Below are positions 61,201-64,000 of a stretch of DNA of 64,000 nucleotides, piece after piece. Numbering within the stretch: position 1 is the first letter of the stretch; each line of letters opens with the position of its first letter. The position numbers and the translations under genes were made by a program. The notes under the pieces were generated by a model. The model ran no database searches. It was not told where the DNA came from and worked only from the letters and a program-made list of their open reading frames with translations. The stretch comes from Macrostomum hystrix (lineage: Eukaryota; Animalia; Platyhelminthes), in the NCBI GenBank assembly GCA_950097015.1, contig CATNEN010000025.1:9548001-9612000 (forward strand). The letters run 5' to 3'.

Positions 61201-63151
61201 AAGTGGCAGTTTTGACTCGGGAATCTGCGGGGAAAGTGGCAGTTTTGACTCGGGAATCTGCGGGGAAAGTGCCAATTTTGACTCGGGAATCTGCAGGGAG
61301 GGAAAGTGGCAGTTTTGACTCGGGAATCTGCAGGGAAAGTGGCAGTTTTGACTCGGGAATCTGCAGGAAGGGAAAGTGGCAGTTTTGACTCGGGAATCTG
61401 CTGGGAAAGTGGCAGTTTTGACTCGGGAATCTGCGGGGAAAGTGGCAGTTTTGACTCGGGAATCTGCGGGGAAAGTGGCAGTTTTGACTCGGGAATCTGC
61501 GGGGAAAGTGCCAATTTTGACTCGGGAATCTGCAGGGAGGGAAAGTGGCAGTTTTGACTCGGGAATCTGCAGGGAAAGTGGCAGTTTTGACTCGTGAATC
61601 TGCGGGGAAAGTGGCAGTTTTGATTTGGGAATCTGCAGGGAAAGTGGCAGTTTTGACTCGGGAATCTGCGGGGAAAGTGGCAGTTTTGACTCGGGAATCT
61701 GCAGGGAAAGTAGCAGTTTTGACTCGGGAATCTGCAGGGAAAGTGGCAGTTTTGACTCGGGAATCTGCAGGGAGGGAAAGTGGCAGTTTTGACTCGGGAA
61801 TCTGCGGGGAAAGTGGCAGTTTTGACTCGGGAATCTGCAGGGAAAGTAGCAGTTTTGACTCGGGAATCTGCGGGGAAAGTGGCAGTTTTGACTCGGGAAT
61901 CTGCAGGAAGGGAAAGTGGCAGTTTTGACTCGGGAATCTGCGGGGAAAGTGCCAATTTTGACTCGGGAATCTGCAGGGAGGGAAAGTGGCAGTTTTGACT
62001 CGGGAATCTGCAGGGAAAGTAGCAGTTTTGACTCGGGAATCTGCGGGGAAAGTGGCAGTTTTGACTCGGGAATCTGCAGGGAGGGAAAGTGGCAGTTTTG
62101 ACTCGGGAATCTGCAGGGAAAGTGGCAGTTTTGACTCGGGAATCTGCAGGAAGGGAAAGTGGCAGTTTTGACTCGGGAATCTGCAGGGAGGGAAAGTGGC
62201 AGTTTTGACTCGGGAATCTGCAGGGAGGGAAAGTGGCAGTTTTGACTCGGGAATCTGCGGGGAAAGTGGCAGTTTTGACTCGGGAATCTGCAGGGAAAGT
62301 AGCAGTTTTGACTCGGGAATCTGCGGGGAAAGTGGCAGTTTTGACTCGGGAATCTGCAGGAAGGGAAAGTGGCAGTTTTGACTCGGGAATCTGCGGGGAA
62401 AGTGCCAATTTTGACTCGGGAATCTGCAGGGAGGGAAAGTGGCAGTTTTGACTCGGGAATCTGCAGGGAAAGTAGCAGTTTTGACTCGGGAATCTGCGGG
62501 GAAAGTGGCAGTTTTGACTCGGGAATCTGCAGGGAGGGAAAGTGGCAGTTTTGACTCGGGAATCTGCGGGGAAAGTGGCAGTTTTGATTTGGGAATCTGC
62601 AGGGAAAGTGGCAGTTTTGATTTGGGAATCTGCGGGGAAAGTGGCAGTTCTGGTGTTGCCAAGAGATTAACACGCACCACTACTGCCGCTTTCGCCCAGA
62701 TTTACAGACGCCGCCGCGGCTGCCGCTTCGGTCGCTCCGCCGGAAGATCCGGCAGCGGCGTTCTTCGCCGTACTGGACGGCAGCAGGGGAACGCCGGACA
62801 ACTCGGCAATGCGGCTTTGCAATTTGAGCACCTCGCAGTCTGGCAGGGACTGCCGTTCCGCACTGAACAACTCGGAACTGAGGCTCAGATAGTTGTTCAA
62901 CGCCTGAAATGTGACTCGCTGCAGTCTAATAGTGATCACCTGCACTATGCGCACCATGGTCTGCTGGTACTGCTGTTGGGCGAACAGGTTCACCAGACGG
63001 CGGGAGGGAATGCGCAACACCTTGGCATCGGTCACCGCCTCGGCAGACAGAGTGCGATACGGCCTCGGATGGCCAGTGAGCACGTCTAGGAAACTCAGCA
63101 GCGAGTAGATTGGCTGGTCCTGCCCGAACTCGTGGAATCTATGCTGAACAC
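55210..63151 (-). CDS. PNPLA6: Neuropathy target esterase / swiss cheese (PNPLA6/7), 3' seven exons; 5' end off the right edge
   Basis: Exons 63151-62706 (donor less certain), 60766-60419, 59980-59393, 59040-58480, 58156-57698, 57031-56558, 56169-55210. cNMP-binding domains; patatin motifs [27 protein letters not shown]; NTE-typical [16 protein letters not shown]. Confidence 0.95.
56350..56451 (-). mobile_element. tRNA-like SINE head (second family); related relics at ~38783-38839 and ~40430-40530
   Basis: Minus strand GTGTAGCTCAGTGGTT...GGTTCGAATCC, then GACACTT...CCAGTTCACCCAGCTG. The cloverleaf is imperfect, so it is not called a tRNA gene. Confidence 0.5.
57115..57690 (+). repeat. Intronic 16/17-bp minisatellite (CAGACAGACAGCTCAG[G])n
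   Basis: Visible; fills almost the whole PNPLA6 intron 57032-57697. Confidence 0.95.
58272..58382 (+). repeat. Intronic 21-bp repeat (GAGTTTGAGTAATCTAGTATA)n
   Basis: Visible, about 5 copies. Confidence 0.85.
59128..59365 (+). repeat. Intronic ~45-bp G-rich minisatellite
   Basis: GGGGGAAT(T)GG(GG)TA(TA)GCGGAGGGAGGAGCTGAAGGATCGGGT units. Confidence 0.85.
60086..60275 (-). mobile_element. tRNA-derived SINE family 1, 3' half, in a PNPLA6 intron
   Basis: Reverse complement matches 45001-45185. Confidence 0.75.
60858..62650 (+). repeat. Intronic 33/37-bp minisatellite (GGGAAAGTGGCAGTTTTGACTCGGGAATCTGC(A/G))n, 1.8 kb
   Basis: Visible; source of the 545-610 aa repeat ORFs. Confidence 0.95.
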
Positions 63152-63204
63152 CTGGGGATTAGCCATTGAGGTGGCGGCGAATGGTTTGGGAGCAGGAACA
63201 TAAG

Positions 63205-64000
63205 TCGGGAAGTGGATAGGAAGTAGGGAAGTGGATGGGAAGTAGAAAAGTGGATAGGAAGTAGGGAAGTGGATGGGAAGTAGGGAGGAGAATGGGAAGT
63301 AGGGAGGAGAATGGGAAGTAGGGAGGAGGATGGGAAGTAGGGAGATGGGAAGTAGGGAGGAGGATGGGAAGTAGGGAAGAGGATGGGAAGTAGGGAAGAG
63401 GATGGGAAGTAGGGAGGAGGATGGGAAGTAGGGAGGAGGATGGGAAGTAGGGAGGAGGATGGGAAGTAGGGAGGAGATGGGAAGTAGGGAAGAGGATGGG
63501 AAGTAGGGAGGAGGATGGTGTTATGTAGTGACTTGCAGCCAGCGCGTATACGCTGAGTACACCGCGCTGGCAGCTGTCTGTTAACTGGCTGAATATCATT
63601 TCATTGTGCGGTGCAGCCATGTGCAGCCAGCGCGCGTACGCTGAGTACACCGCGCTGGCAGCCGTTTGGTTAACTGGCTGACTTTCAAATCATTGTTCGC
63701 TCTATTTTATCACCCCCTAATCCTTACACCCAACGTGCCGTCGCATAAAATATATATCGCTGTTCTCAGGAGCGTGGAGCTCTGACTGTTTACGTTTCGT
63801 TCTAAATACCACCAGTCTAGAGTTATTTCAGATGGGAAGTAGGGAGGAGGATGGGAAGTAGGGAGGAGGATGGGAAGTAGGGAGGAGGATGGAAAGTAGG
63901 GAGGAGGATGGGAAGTAGGGAGGAGGATGGGAAGTAGGGAGGAGGATGGGAAGTAGGGAGGAGGATGTGAAGTAGGGAGGAGGAAGGGAGTATGGAAGAG
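63205..64000 (+). repeat. Intronic 19-bp minisatellite (GATGGGAAGTAGGGAGGAG)n in two blocks (63205-63518, 63832-64000)
   Basis: Visible; interrupted by ~310 bp of non-repetitive sequence. Confidence 0.9.

Noticed and set aside
60771-62680. 545-610 aa ORFs in several frames
   Set aside because: Translations of an intronic 33/37-bp array inside PNPLA6.
63159-63650. 163-aa ORF as an upstream PNPLA6 exon
   Set aside because: Mostly a 19-bp repeat translation with no NTE similarity.

Overview
Eukaryotic (metazoan) genomic DNA with GC-rich, Gln/Ala-rich exons, GT-AG introns often filled by minisatellites, and AT-rich, transposon-rich intergenic DNA. The style suggests a free-living flatworm such as Macrostomum; this is an inference, not verified. 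Exons were stitched by hand with phase-consistent splice sites. Recognisable genes: the last exon of MetAP1, a complete 3-exon CYP4 P450, single-exon NF-YC, 2-exon ATMIN/ASCIZ, a 3-exon atypical tetraspanin, and the 3' seven exons of PNPLA6/NTE (swiss cheese). Uncharacterised genes: a head-to-head pair (219 aa and 718 aa), the 5' end of a probable secreted protein at the left edge, and an orphan Gly-rich exon. Mobile DNA: a full-length 4.57-kb MULE with a perfect 9-bp TSD and an intact PHD-FLYWCH-DDE transposase, a second TIR element directly beside it, decayed Tc1 and IS630-like elements, a hAT MITE with an 8-bp TSD, a LINE RT fragment, and tRNA-derived SINEs. Top findings: (1) an 86-aa, 3-exon prohormone-like gene at 40.8-41.4 kb with a signal peptide, KR sites and two WWPV-starting peptides, only partly captured by the ORF track; (2) the PHD-bearing MULE; (3) complementary repeat arrays in the two introns flanking CYP4 exon 2.
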